Of a DNA stretch of 48,888 bases, positions 1 through 9,981 are shown piece after piece (within the stretch, counting starts at the first letter, position 1; each line of letters starts with the position of its first letter). A program made the translations under genes and the position numbers. The notes beneath the pieces were generated by a model, which saw nothing but the letters and a program-made list of their open reading frames with translations, searched no databases and was not told the DNA's origin. Origin of the DNA: an uncultured Actibacterium sp. (lineage in GTDB: Bacteria; Pseudomonadota; Alphaproteobacteria; Rhodobacterales; Rhodobacteraceae); the NCBI GenBank assembly GCA_964346965.1, contig CAYFXM010000001.1, forward strand, positions 1 to 48,888. The letters run 5' to 3'.

Positions 1-36
1 GGGCAGTTGGCTCAAGCAAAGTAGGAAGGAGAACTC

Positions 37-459
37 ATGAATATCGGCGATGTTTCGGAACGCTCTGGCGTGCCGGCAAAGACCATCCGCTACTATGAGG
101 ACATTGGCTTCATCAAACCCCGACGCAGCTCCAACGGCTATCGCGAGTTTGACGAGAACGAACTGCATAAGCTTGTGTTCATTGGGCGCGCCCGCTCTCT
201 TGGATTCACCATCGAGAATTGTCGGACCTTACTGGCGTTGTATGACGACAAGTCTCGTGCCAGTGCGGATGTCAAAGACGTTGCAAAGCGGAATCTCGTC
301 GAGATCGACGCAAAGATTGCGGATCTTCAGTCTATGCGAGCAACTCTGTCGCATCTGATAGAAGAGTGTTCCGGGGATCATCGCCCTGATTGTCCGATCC
401 TCGAAAACCTCAGTCAGATGTCCGACGGGGGTTTCATCGAGTCGAAACATACGCGCTGA
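37..459 (+). CDS. cueR: Cu(I)-responsive MerR-family transcriptional regulator
   Basis: N-terminal MerR HTH (MNIGDVSERSGVPAKTIRYYEDIG), SRASADVK dimer helix, C-terminal metal loop C-SGDHRPD-C; RBS GGAGAA upstream. Confidence 0.93.
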   Translation: MNIGDVSERSGVPAKTIRYYEDIGFIKPRRSSNGYREFDENELHKLVFIGRARSLGFTIENCRTLLALYDDKSRASADVKDVAKRNLVEIDAKIADLQSMRATLSHLIEECSGDHRPDCPILENLSQMSDGGFIESKHTR

Positions 460-495
460 CGCAAGTGGTGCCGGCAAGAGAAAAGGAGAAAACCA

Positions 496-597
496 ATGAT
501 GGGAAATGGATTTGGAATGGGCGGGATCGGTATGTGGCTGATCGGGCTTCTCATCATCTTGGCGATCATTGCTCTCATCAAATATATCACCAAGTAA
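496..597 (+). CDS. 33-aa Met/Gly-rich single-pass membrane peptide (not in ORF track)
   Basis: AAGGAG RBS at 483-488; MMGNGFGMGGIGMWLIGLLIILAIIALIKYITK, TAA at 595-597; fills the gap between cueR and the DUF411 gene. Confidence 0.65.
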   Translation: MMGNGFGMGGIGMWLIGLLIILAIIALIKYITK

Positions 598-643
598 CTC
601 AATGCTCCTGCATTCAACGAACATGCCAGCGATGGAGAAGACC

Positions 644-1120
644 GTGTCATCAATTTACCTAACCCGCCGAAATGCTCTGACCGGGGCTATTGCGCTCGTT
701 TGCAGCTCAACCCTTCCTGTGAAGGCGCAAGAATCCCACTCGCTGCATGTCCTGAAGGATCCAAGCTGTGGCTGTTGCGGATCATGGATCAAAATCATGC
801 GAGCCGAGGGTTTTGACGTTTCAGTTCAGGACACCTCAAATGCTGCATTGTTCCAATACAAACTCAAAAACGGGATTTCAGAAGACCTTGCTTCCTGTCA
901 CACCGGACACATTGATGGATACATGATCGAGGGTCACGTTCCTCCGGCAGATGTCCGCCGCCTCCTGACAGAGCGCCCCGATGCCGTCGGGTTGAGCGTG
1001 CCTGGTATGGTCTATGGTTCTCCGGGAATGGGCCCCGAAAGCGAACGTGACGCCTATGACGTGATCCTGATCCGGAAGGATGGAACAAGAGAGATCTTCA
1101 GCCGCTACGAAGAGGGCTGA
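644..1120 (+). CDS. copG: DUF411/CopG-family periplasmic metal-binding protein, Tat-exported
   Basis: GTG start after GGAGAAG; TRRNAL twin-arginine; KDPSCGCCGSW, SCHT, IEGHVP and PGMVYGSPGM motifs. Confidence 0.85.
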   Translation: MSSIYLTRRNALTGAIALVCSSTLPVKAQESHSLHVLKDPSCGCCGSWIKIMRAEGFDVSVQDTSNAALFQYKLKNGISEDLASCHTGHIDGYMIEGHVPPADVRRLLTERPDAVGLSVPGMVYGSPGMGPESERDAYDVILIRKDGTREIFSRYEEG

Positions 1121-1163
1121 GCCCAAGGCCAATTCGCTGGCCTAATGCCGTTGGCACAGGGCG

Positions 1164-1838
1164 CTATACCCCGGAGGCTTGCAACATAACGATCAGCCAC
1201 GCCGCCGATGTTATCATTAGCGTGACGCCTCCGAAGAGCACAAGCGCCAGCAAGAAAGGCCCAAACTTCCCCGGAAGTTTAGACACGAATAGATGAATCC
1301 ATGCCGGGCAGCTGTCACAGTTTTCAAGTCCACGATCAATCACTGACGTATAGAGCGGCAACGCGCTGACCAAGGTCGCGTAGAGGTAGACGCCTGAGAT
1401 ATTTTCAAAGAATGCAGATCGGACCAGCGTCGGGCCAACAACCCGCAACGCTTGCATACGATCCCCGCCAAACGAACCGAACCAGTCTGCAGAGATGAAA
1501 TAGACCAGGCCGTGCAAGAGGATGAAAAGGATCACCCTGGCAGGCGGGTCGATGAGAAGGACTTGGGCAAGCACTGCTCCCTCGCCATGCTTGGCAGCGC
1601 TCAAAGCATACAGAAAAAAGCTCATGTAATTGACGCAAAATACAACCAGTAGGCCGTTGGTCAGGATTTGCCGCAACAATCGGCTGAACGCTGGCCCGCT
1701 GCCTAACAACATCTCGCCGAAACCCGGAGTAAGCGCGATGTAGAACACCAAGAGTGGCAGCAATCCGAGACAACTAAATACCAACGTATTGAAGGCAAAA
1801 CGCCAGAAAGGCATCTTGATGTCGAAGTATCTTTCCAT
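1164..1838 (-). CDS. hypothetical multi-pass membrane protein
   Basis: Long ORF with about 6 hydrophobic segments; start uncertain (1838 or 1910). Confidence 0.6.
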   Translation of the reverse strand: MERYFDIKMPFWRFAFNTLVFSCLGLLPLLVFYIALTPGFGEMLLGSGPAFSRLLRQILTNGLLVVFCVNYMSFFLYALSAAKHGEGAVLAQVLLIDPPARVILFILLHGLVYFISADWFGSFGGDRMQALRVVGPTLVRSAFFENISGVYLYATLVSALPLYTSVIDRGLENCDSCPAWIHLFVSKLPGKFGPFLLALVLFGGVTLMITSAAWLIVMLQASGV

Positions 1839-2043
1839 GGGCTGCACTTTGCCGGTATTGTAATCGTGCTGCGAAAGGTGCGCTATTGTCGGATTAAACA
1901 GAGTGGACATACATCGAAAGGATTCTGCGCGCCTGCGAATTTAAACGTTCTTCGAATCCTCTCCTTCACTTAGCCTGGAAATCGTAGCGGAAAACTCTAA
2001 CCATAAATGGTTGAATTTTAGGGATTCAAAGCATCTCGATCAT

Positions 2044-2709
2044 CTATTGTTTTCCATCATCTGATTTTCCACGTTTGAGTGCGACGAGCAAGATCGGCAT
2101 AGCAGTCAGAAACCCCAACCCAAGCACCAACCATTCAACTTCACTGAATTCACCGGACATAACCTCACTGCCAAAATGAGCCAGAAGGAAACTTGCGGGA
2201 ATAATCCCTGCGAATGTCGCAAGTAGAAACCGCCAAAGATGAAGTTTACTCAGCCCTGCAGCATAGCTCATTGCATCGAACGAAACGAATGGCAGCAACC
2301 GGCTTGTAAATACAATCATAGTCAACACATTTTGCGAACCTAGTAGTCCGAAGTCGGCTTTGTCTCCGAGGAGCCTGACCACGGCCCCCCTGCCCAGACA
2401 GCGCGCGATCAGGAAGGCGATCATTGCACCCAGTTCGGCCCCAATCGCGACATATACCGTTCCGGCAAAATGGCCGTAAGCTGCCCCTGCGGCCAATGCG
2501 ATCGGCGCGCTTGGGAGTGGACTTGCAACCACTGCAATAATCATGAGCACGACGATGAGAGCTGGACCCCAGACTCCAACTTCGACGACCGTTTCACCAA
2601 TGGCGACGCGGTCAAATCGGGTCAGCAGATCCGTTCCCCAAACGAGATAGAGAAGTGCAATGACCGCGAGGGCTAAGAGAGGTAAGCCTAGTCGAGATGG
2701 TAAATTCAC
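2044..2709 (-). CDS. TVP38/TMEM64 (DedA/VTT superfamily) membrane protein
   Basis: SPLPSAPIALAAGAAYG, RLLPFVSFDAMSYAAGL and ATFAGIIP motifs. Confidence 0.85.
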   Translation of the reverse strand: MNLPSRLGLPLLALAVIALLYLVWGTDLLTRFDRVAIGETVVEVGVWGPALIVVLMIIAVVASPLPSAPIALAAGAAYGHFAGTVYVAIGAELGAMIAFLIARCLGRGAVVRLLGDKADFGLLGSQNVLTMIVFTSRLLPFVSFDAMSYAAGLSKLHLWRFLLATFAGIIPASFLLAHFGSEVMSGEFSEVEWLVLGLGFLTAMPILLVALKRGKSDDGKQ

Positions 2710-2741
2710 ATTAGTCGGCGCCGTTGGATTCTATATCAGGC

Positions 2742-3209
2742 TCAGAGGAGCGCGGTGGGTAGAGAGTTCAGAGCTTCTTTCGCTGATACAAGCGGAAGGC
2801 CTGCAGCGATCCAACCAGGTCCAAGACGTGAACCAAGCATACCTTCAGAAACATCGACATAACTTTCATGGCCTGCTCGTCGCAACGCTTGCATAACGGA
2901 GCCGGATCTCCCTCCTGTCGCACAAATCAGTGCAACGGTGCGACCCTCTGCTTGCTGTCGCGCCGCGAACAATCGTTGAGGAAACCTTTTTTCATGCAAG
3001 CTGACCGGCCAAGCTCCCTGTGCCACGCCGGTATCCTGCCATTCTTCAGGTGAGCGGATGTCCAGAAGTCTGATTTGGTCTTCCAACAGAGCGGCATGCG
3101 CCCGATTCACCGACCAGACATCTTGGTTTTGTGCCATTGCTGGTGCTGCAAAGGAAACGGCAGGCATAGCGCATAACATTGCAAGGACATTTCGACGGTC
3201 AGGTTTCAT
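2742..3209 (-). CDS. Tat-exported rhodanese-like protein
   Basis: DRRNVL signal; LLDIRSPEEW; active-site loop ICATGGRS; GWIAAGLP. Confidence 0.85.
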   Translation of the reverse strand: MKPDRRNVLAMLCAMPAVSFAAPAMAQNQDVWSVNRAHAALLEDQIRLLDIRSPEEWQDTGVAQGAWPVSLHEKRFPQRLFAARQQAEGRTVALICATGGRSGSVMQALRRAGHESYVDVSEGMLGSRLGPGWIAAGLPLVSAKEALNSLPTALL

Positions 3210-3233
3210 CGGTATATTTCCTCGATCGAACAG

Positions 3234-3620
3234 TTAGGCGCTGTCGACTGCTACATTTAGCATCTCACGCACCTTCCCAGCAACTGTGTGAAGATTATCA
3301 TTTTGTACAGCGGACATTGATACAACCGGATCAATCACGCTGATCTCCGTGCCATCGTGCAGGCTTCGCAGGACCACGTTGCAGGGCAGCATCGCTCCAA
3401 TTCTCGCTTCGAGACAAAGAGCTTGATGAGCCATGTCCGGATTGCAGGCTCCCAAAATGCGGTAGCCGTTCATGTCCACATCAATCTTAATTTTCATCGT
3501 CTCTTTCACGTCGATCTCGGTTAGAACGCCGAAACCCTGGTCTTTTAGGGCTTCACGAATCCGCATTTCGGCGTCGTCAATGTGCACGCCGGGTAGAAAA
3601 CGATTATAGGTGTAGCTCAT
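3234..3620 (-). CDS. DUF302 domain protein
   Basis: GFGVLTEIDV, YRILGACNP and GAMLPCNVV motifs; AGGAG RBS before ATG 3620. Confidence 0.85.
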   Translation of the reverse strand: MSYTYNRFLPGVHIDDAEMRIREALKDQGFGVLTEIDVKETMKIKIDVDMNGYRILGACNPDMAHQALCLEARIGAMLPCNVVLRSLHDGTEISVIDPVVSMSAVQNDNLHTVAGKVREMLNVAVDSA

Positions 3621-3705
3621 GATGATACTCCTGAATGAAGTTGCCCTGATCAAACGATAATTGAAAACGCTCGATCAGGGCGGGGGGAACCTGAGTTTCG
3701 GCGGA

Positions 3706-4263
3706 TCAGTTGTCCGCGCTGTTATTCATCGCGCCCGGCCACATGTTCATGCGTTCCATCTTGTCCGCTGGCGCGGTCATTTCTCCTGCGGTCACTTTAC
3801 CATCGCCGTCAGCGTCCAGATGTTGAAAGCGATCAACCATGGTGTCGCGGATCATGGCACTGTGCAGTCTCTCGAATTCGTCGATCGATAGGTTGCCGTC
3901 ACCATTCGCGTCAAAGCTTGTGTGCATCGACTGGAGCTGGCCGTGTGCCTCTTCCGGCGTGACCTTACCATCTCCGTCGGCGTCGAACCCGACCATCGGA
4001 CCCGATATGCTGCTATTTCCCGTCATCATGCGCATCATGTTCTGGTCCACTATATCCATCTGGCCCATTCCGAAGTCGTCCATCATGTTGGCATGCATGC
4101 GCATCATCATCTGCATCATGCCATGTCCTCCGTCTTTAAACGCAGAGCTTGGCAAGGCTTTGGATACGTTGCTGCCATGCCCATGATTGGCATCGGCAAG
4201 CACGCCGCCGACCGAGGCGGTCAAAAGAACGAAAGAGGCGGTAAGAACGGTGACTATTTTCAT
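3706..4263 (-). CDS. exported Met/His-rich EF-hand protein
   Basis: Signal peptide; three DxDGDG-type loops (DADGDGKVTPEE, DANGDGNLSIDE, DADGDGKVTAGE); GMMQMMMRMHANMM tract; GAGG RBS. Confidence 0.8.
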   Translation of the reverse strand: MKIVTVLTASFVLLTASVGGVLADANHGHGSNVSKALPSSAFKDGGHGMMQMMMRMHANMMDDFGMGQMDIVDQNMMRMMTGNSSISGPMVGFDADGDGKVTPEEAHGQLQSMHTSFDANGDGNLSIDEFERLHSAMIRDTMVDRFQHLDADGDGKVTAGEMTAPADKMERMNMWPGAMNNSADN

Positions 4264-4340
4264 AGTTTCCTCACGTGTCTGGTTTCGATGAGTTTCAATT
4301 CGGTATGAAAAGTCGATTTTGAATGGTCTGCACGCAGGGT

Positions 4341-4390
4341 TTTGTAATCGCCTGTCGCAACACCCAAGTATTGATACAATTTGCGACAAA
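4341..4390. promoter_or_regulatory. pair of oppositely oriented ACA-N7-ACA direct-repeat boxes, candidate response-regulator sites
   Basis: 4341-4358 reads GCGACAGGCGATTACAAA on minus; 4373-4390 reads GATACAATTTGCGACAAA on plus; located in the divergent EF-hand/regulator intergenic region. Confidence 0.4.
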
Positions 4391-4433
4391 AAAGGTCCTG
4401 ACCCGACGCAATCACATTCTTTACAAGGAAATC

Positions 4434-5156
4434 ATGTCTGTAGCGCCGCACATCCTCGTCGTCGATGATCACAAAGAAATAAGAGAGAGCGTATCGCGCT
4501 TTCTTGAAAAAAACGGCTTGCGCGCGACAGCAGCCAAAGACGCGGTGGAGATGGACACAAAGCTTAGCTCAGGCCATTTCGATCTTATTGTGCTCGATGT
4601 CATGATGCCTGGTGAAAGCGGGCTGTCAGTCTGTCAACGGCTCTCCACAGAGCGCAAAATGCCAATCATCATGTTGACGGCTTTGGGTGAAGAAACAGAC
4701 CGGATCGTAGGTCTTGAGATAGGTGCCGATGATTATTTGAGCAAACCGTTCAATCCTCGGGAGTTGCTCGCGCGTATAAAGGCCGTGCTTCGTCGAACGG
4801 AGCAGGCCGAAATCCATGCAGGTGGATTTGCCGGGCGAAAGGTTCGCTTCGCGCACCTGACCCTAGACACAGACAGGCATGTTCTGATTGACCAAACGGG
4901 AAGCGAAATTCCACTGACAACCGCCGATTTTAAGCTGTTGACTGTCCTTCTTGAGAGGGCGCGCATGGTTCTTAGTCGTGACCAACTGTTGGATCTGACT
5001 GCAGGCCGATCGGCGGGGCCACTCGATCGTTCGATCGACAATCAGATTAGCCGATTGCGCAGAAAGATTGAATTGGATGTGCTTCGTCCAAAGATCATAA
5101 CGACCGTTCGAAATGGTGGGTATTGTCTGGCTGCCGACGCTGAGGTGCTTGACTGA
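4434..5156 (+). CDS. OmpR-family response regulator
   Basis: ILVVDD, VLDVMMPG phospho-acceptor, GADDYLSKPF, winged helix DRSIDNQISRLRRKIE...TVRNGGY. Confidence 0.93.
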   Translation: MSVAPHILVVDDHKEIRESVSRFLEKNGLRATAAKDAVEMDTKLSSGHFDLIVLDVMMPGESGLSVCQRLSTERKMPIIMLTALGEETDRIVGLEIGADDYLSKPFNPRELLARIKAVLRRTEQAEIHAGGFAGRKVRFAHLTLDTDRHVLIDQTGSEIPLTTADFKLLTVLLERARMVLSRDQLLDLTAGRSAGPLDRSIDNQISRLRRKIELDVLRPKIITTVRNGGYCLAADAEVLD

Positions 5157-6562
5157 TGTGGGGGCCTTTCAACACGCTGCGCGTTCAATTGGTCATCTTG
5201 GTCGTAACGGCTCTGGCGGTGGCCCAAGTTATCAGCCTTTGGCTCTTTGTAGATGAGCGGAGCCTGGCGATCCGGGCCGCATTTGGGTTCGAAGCAGCCG
5301 GCAGAGCCGCGAATGTGGCGCGACTTCTCGAGGAAGCTCCACCGGAATTGCGCTCCTCAATCCTGCGGGCAGCTAACTCTCCACTAGTGCGCTTCGACAT
5401 GTCGGATAAACCTACCGTGAAACACACTGACCATTCTGACGGCGGTGCGGTGGAGACGCGCATTAGAACCCTCTTAGGTGACAGCTATAGTCGAGATATT
5501 CGCGTTGAGTTGCACCAGATCGAAGGGCAAATTTTACCTCTGCCACACTTGTCTGTGGAAATGGCAGAGATGCATATGGCTATGATGCGCGGAGAGCTTT
5601 CCGCAGTCGAAATGAACCTTTCTATCGCGATTTCGGGCGGGCAGTGGCTGAATGTTGGTACGAGGTTTGAACGCCCGCCACTTCAATGGCCGCTCTTTTC
5701 GACGCTGACTTTTGCGTTGACTGCAGCAATGCTTCTTATTGTCGTGTTCTGGTTTTTGCTCACCCGACTAACTGGTCCATTGCAAAGACTTGCGAAAGCG
5801 ACGGATGATCTCGGGAGAGGTGAAGACGTATCTGATTTGCCGATGTCAGGACCAAAGGAGGTGCGCGATCTTACCACGGCCTTCAATCGAATGCAGGATC
5901 GCCTGACTCGCTTCGTTGCCGACAGGACACGGCTACTGGCGGCGTTAGGGCACGATCTTCGTTCGCCGCTCACGGCGATGCGTGTTCGAGCAGAGATGGT
6001 TGACGAAGCTGAAACGCGCGAAAGTTTGGCCACTTCGATCGAGGAAATGCAAACCATGGTCGACGCTACGCTTACCTTCGCCCGCGGATTGACCGGGTCA
6101 GAGGACGCCATGGATGTGAATATAAGAGAGTTTCTCTCCTCGCTTCGCATTGATATGGTTGAAGAATTCGAGCTAAAGATAGGACCGAACGTTCTGGCAC
6201 GCATTCGGCCGGGTTCTTTCCGCCGCGCACTGCGCAACGTCATCGAAAATGCCGTTCGCTACGGCGGCAGTGCGCGCGTGAGCTACACGGTTCGTGACAA
6301 TGATCTTCTAATATTCGTTGATGACGACGGGGCGGGGATACCTCCGGTCGAGTTGGAACGTGTGTTCGATCCTTTCTACCGGCTAGAGGATTCTAGGTCT
6401 CTTGAAACGGGGGGGCATGGGCTTGGTCTGGCGATCGCTCGTACGATCTTCCGTGCTCATGGTGGAGATATTTCACTGGCAAATCTGGATGAGGGTGGAG
6501 TCCGGGCAACAATCGCGATTCCTCTCGCCGGGGATACCAATCAAGAAGAAGGAGAAAAATAA
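5156..6562 (+). CDS. sensor histidine kinase (HAMP, HisKA, HATPase) with His/Met-rich periplasmic domain
   Basis: Two TM helices; GHDLRSP H-box; NVIENAVRYG; DDDGAG; GHGLGLAI; periplasmic MAEMHMAMM; TGATG overlap with the regulator. Confidence 0.93.
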   Translation: MWGPFNTLRVQLVILVVTALAVAQVISLWLFVDERSLAIRAAFGFEAAGRAANVARLLEEAPPELRSSILRAANSPLVRFDMSDKPTVKHTDHSDGGAVETRIRTLLGDSYSRDIRVELHQIEGQILPLPHLSVEMAEMHMAMMRGELSAVEMNLSIAISGGQWLNVGTRFERPPLQWPLFSTLTFALTAAMLLIVVFWFLLTRLTGPLQRLAKATDDLGRGEDVSDLPMSGPKEVRDLTTAFNRMQDRLTRFVADRTRLLAALGHDLRSPLTAMRVRAEMVDEAETRESLATSIEEMQTMVDATLTFARGLTGSEDAMDVNIREFLSSLRIDMVEEFELKIGPNVLARIRPGSFRRALRNVIENAVRYGGSARVSYTVRDNDLLIFVDDDGAGIPPVELERVFDPFYRLEDSRSLETGGHGLGLAIARTIFRAHGGDISLANLDEGGVRATIAIPLAGDTNQEEGEK

Positions 6563-6563
6563 A

Positions 6564-6881
6564 ATGCGAATTCTCAACGGTCTTGTCGTACTAGCTGCCT
6601 CTTTTGCGACGTCCGCTGCCCTCGCAGATCAGAGAAGTGACGGGCCATGGGGCTATGATCACATGATTTGGGGTGGCGGATACGGGATGTTTGGCGGCCT
6701 TATGATGTTGGTTTTCTGGGGAGTGGTTATTGCATTGATTGTTCTTGCGGTCCGGTGGTTCGCAGATGGGAAAGACGGGAACCGTCAACAGGATCCGATG
6801 GATATACTGAAGGATCGGTTTGCCAAAGGTGAAATCGACGAAGACGAATTCCAAAGACGAAAATCCATCCTCGAGAAATGA
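6564..6881 (+). CDS. SHOCT-domain membrane protein
   Basis: Signal peptide, Gly/Met-rich TM, C-terminal ILKDRFAKGEIDEDEFQRRK. Confidence 0.85.
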   Translation: MRILNGLVVLAASFATSAALADQRSDGPWGYDHMIWGGGYGMFGGLMMLVFWGVVIALIVLAVRWFADGKDGNRQQDPMDILKDRFAKGEIDEDEFQRRKSILEK

Positions 6882-6937
6882 GACCCGTTCCCGTATTTAC
6901 CGGCAACGCAACCGAAAAGTAGGAATTGGAAAACGAT

Positions 6938-8938
6938 ATGACGCCTGAACTCGGCCATTTCGCATTGGCGCTCGCGTTGGCGCTTGCGCTTGTTCAAAGC
7001 GTGCTACCGATATTGGGGGCGTCACGTGGCAATTTAATTTGGATGAGCTCCGCGCGGGCGTTGTCATTTGGACAGCTGCTTTTCGTCGGTTTGGCTTTTA
7101 TCGCACTGATGCGTGCTTTTGTTATCAGCGACTTCACGGTGTTGAATGTCGCCGAGAATTCGCATTCCCTGAAACCGTTGCTGTTCAAAGTTGCCGGTAC
7201 CTGGGGTAGTCATGAAGGATCGCTTTTACTTTGGGTGTTAATCTTGACTGCTTTTGGTGCGGGCGTGTCGATATTTGGGTCGAACATTCCAGCCCCCCTA
7301 AAAGCGCGGACCCTTTCGGTTCAAGCCTGGATTAGTGTCGGTTTTCTTTCCTTTATGTTGCTGACGTCAAACCCGTTTGACCGAATATTCCCGCCACCGG
7401 CCGATGGAAACGATCTGAACCCTCTTCTTCAAGATGTCGGGTTGGCGATGCATCCACCACTTCTCTATCTGGGTTATGTGGGCTTCTCGATTGTCTTTTC
7501 CTTTGCCGTTGCTGCTTTACTAGAGGGCAAGGTTGATGCGACCTGGGCACGGTGGGTCCGGCCCTGGACCCTGGCGGCTTGGATAAGCCTGACAGCCGGT
7601 ATCGCGCTAGGCTCTTGGTGGGCTTACTACGAGCTCGGTTGGGGAGGCTGGTGGTTCTGGGATCCTGTCGAGAATGTGAGTTTCATGCCCTGGCTGCTTG
7701 GGACGGCGCTGCTACATTCGGCCATTGTTACCGAGAAGCGTGACGCGTTTAAAAGCTGGACGATACTTCTGGCAATCCTAACGTTTTCACTTTCGTTGCT
7801 GGGCACTTTTATCGTCCGCTCGGGTCTCTTGACTTCGGTTCACGCTTTTGCGGTTGACCCCGAACGCGGGCTCTACATCCTGATGCTTTTGGCGCTGTCG
7901 ATCGGCGGTTCTCTTGCGCTATTCGCGTGGCGCGCTCCGATGATGGAACCCGGTGGTCTCTTCAAACCGGTTAGCCGCGAAGCAGGTCTGCTTTTAAACA
8001 ATCTGATATTGGCGGCGGCAACAGGAACGGTGTTGTTTGGTACGCTTTACCCTCTCTTTCTCGAAGCTGTGACGGGGGACAAGATTTCGGTCGGACCGCC
8101 ATTTTTCAACGCAGCGTTCATTCCGATGATGCTTCCCTTGGTTTTCGTTATGGGGCTTGGTCCGTTTTTGCCGTGGAAGAGAGCAGATTTGATAGGTGTA
8201 TTCCAACGGCTTCGGTTCGTAGCCGTTCTTGCATTGCTGGGCTCCCTCGCCGCGTGGTACCTGAACACAGGCGGACCGGTTCTGGCCTATCTTTCCTTCC
8301 TCCTGGCTATCTGGCTGCTTCTCGCAACGATCCGGGAGTGGGCATTACGAATTCGGCTTTTCGATGTGCCCATTGGGGATGCGTTGCGGCGCGCACGGAA
8401 TCTGCCGAGGGCGGCGCATGGTATGACAATGGCTCACGCTGGTCTCGCAGTTGCAATGTTCGGATTCATTGGATCTAGCGCCTGGAAGTCCGAAGAAGTG
8501 GTATTCGTTAGTCCTGGATCGAACATCTTCATTGCCGGTTTCCATGTAACTTTCGAAGGGGTTCAGCGACATCGTGGGCCGAACTATTTCGCCGATCGGG
8601 GTACATTGGTCGTACGGCGTGATGATCAAGTTGTAACAACGCTCTACCCCGAGCGCAGAACATACCCGGTGGCGCAAAGCTCAACCACAGAATCTGCGAT
8701 CCGTTCTACCTTGGCTGGAGATCTCTACGCTTCGATCGCAGAACCTGCCTCAGAAAACGCTGAAGCAAACGGTGCCTGGACACTTCGCATCCTCTACGAG
8801 CCGCTGGTAAATTTCATTTGGATCGGCTCATTCATGTTGGTGCTCGGCGGCGGACTGTCGTTGTCAGACAGACGTCTACGTGTTGGTGCGCCTCGTCGAA
8901 GAACCGCTAACACAAAAAACACAGTCGTGGCGGAATAA
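6938..8938 (+). CDS. ccmF: cytochrome c heme lyase CcmF
   Basis: WGSHEGS, MHPPLLYLGY, WAYYELGWGGWWFWDPVEN WWD motif, SVHAFA. Confidence 0.96.
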   Translation: MTPELGHFALALALALALVQSVLPILGASRGNLIWMSSARALSFGQLLFVGLAFIALMRAFVISDFTVLNVAENSHSLKPLLFKVAGTWGSHEGSLLLWVLILTAFGAGVSIFGSNIPAPLKARTLSVQAWISVGFLSFMLLTSNPFDRIFPPPADGNDLNPLLQDVGLAMHPPLLYLGYVGFSIVFSFAVAALLEGKVDATWARWVRPWTLAAWISLTAGIALGSWWAYYELGWGGWWFWDPVENVSFMPWLLGTALLHSAIVTEKRDAFKSWTILLAILTFSLSLLGTFIVRSGLLTSVHAFAVDPERGLYILMLLALSIGGSLALFAWRAPMMEPGGLFKPVSREAGLLLNNLILAAATGTVLFGTLYPLFLEAVTGDKISVGPPFFNAAFIPMMLPLVFVMGLGPFLPWKRADLIGVFQRLRFVAVLALLGSLAAWYLNTGGPVLAYLSFLLAIWLLLATIREWALRIRLFDVPIGDALRRARNLPRAAHGMTMAHAGLAVAMFGFIGSSAWKSEEVVFVSPGSNIFIAGFHVTFEGVQRHRGPNYFADRGTLVVRRDDQVVTTLYPERRTYPVAQSSTTESAIRSTLAGDLYASIAEPASENAEANGAWTLRILYEPLVNFIWIGSFMLVLGGGLSLSDRRLRVGAPRRRTANTKNTVVAE

Positions 8939-8941
8939 CGG

Positions 8942-9505
8942 ATGAAACAAGCTCTCGCCTTTTCTCCTCTTGTTATCGCGCTGATCTTCGGAGGGTTCTT
9001 TCTATGGGGGCTCAGTCCCGATCGTGACCCGAAGGAGATACCTTCGGTCCTTATCGAACAGCCTGCGCCGGAATTCGTTCTTGAAGCGGTGGAGGGATTG
9101 GATACTCCGGGTCTATCGCGCCAAGATTTGAGCGGAGGTGATCGCCCTGTCGTGGTCAATGTGTTCGCTTCATGGTGCGTACCCTGTCGCGCAGAGCACG
9201 AGGTTTTAACCAATCTCGTCGAACGTGATGACATCCGATTGTTCGGCATCAATTACAAGGACAAGCCCGAAGACGCTGTGAGATGGCTTGCCAATCTCGG
9301 CAATCCATACGAGCGGATTGGCGCGGACTCTAACGGCAGGGCCGGAATCGAATGGGGGATTTCGGGCGTTCCGGAAAGTTTCATCGTCGGGCCAGATGGC
9401 ACGGTTCTTTATCGCTATGTCGGGCCGGTGGTCGGCGAAGAGGCGGTAATGAAATTTCGTACAGCACTCATTCAAGCTGGTGCGCTCGAAGGAAGGAGCA
9501 ACTGA
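8942..9505 (+). CDS. ccmG: thiol:disulfide interchange protein CcmG/DsbE
   Basis: NVFASWCVPCRAEH, GINYKD, GVPESF. Confidence 0.93.
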   Translation: MKQALAFSPLVIALIFGGFFLWGLSPDRDPKEIPSVLIEQPAPEFVLEAVEGLDTPGLSRQDLSGGDRPVVVNVFASWCVPCRAEHEVLTNLVERDDIRLFGINYKDKPEDAVRWLANLGNPYERIGADSNGRAGIEWGISGVPESFIVGPDGTVLYRYVGPVVGEEAVMKFRTALIQAGALEGRSN

Positions 9506-9981
9506 TGCAACGGTTCATAGTCCTGCTTGTCTTAACAGTCTTGCTGCCCTTATCAGGACACGCGGTCGAGCCTGATGAAATGTTGGCCGATCCTGCACTA
9601 GAGTCGAGAGCACGCGACATCTCGAAAGATCTGCGATGTGTTGTCTGCCAGAACCAAGACATCGACAGCTCGAATGCGGGCGTGGCACGAGATCTAAGGC
9701 TACTGGTTCGGGAAAGGCTGCTGAATGGCGATAGCAACAACGAGGTAATAGACTATGTCCGGGCGCGCTATGGCGATTATGTTCTTCTAAAGCCGCCCCT
9801 CAAACCTACAACGTACCTATTGTGGGTTGCACCATTTGTTTTGTTCTTCATAGCCCTGACCATTGGCTTGGGCATCATGTTGCGCAACAGGCGACCAAAA
9901 ACAGTTCCAGAATTGACCGATGCGGAAGAACAGCAAGTTGCACGTTTCATAGAATCTAAGAAGTCCGGGGAAATATCATGA
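9505..9981 (+). CDS. ccmH: cytochrome c biogenesis protein CcmH/CycL
   Basis: LRCVVCQNQDIDSSNA, ARYGDYVLLKPP; TGATG coupling. Confidence 0.93.
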   Translation: MQRFIVLLVLTVLLPLSGHAVEPDEMLADPALESRARDISKDLRCVVCQNQDIDSSNAGVARDLRLLVRERLLNGDSNNEVIDYVRARYGDYVLLKPPLKPTTYLLWVAPFVLFFIALTIGLGIMLRNRRPKTVPELTDAEEQQVARFIESKKSGEIS

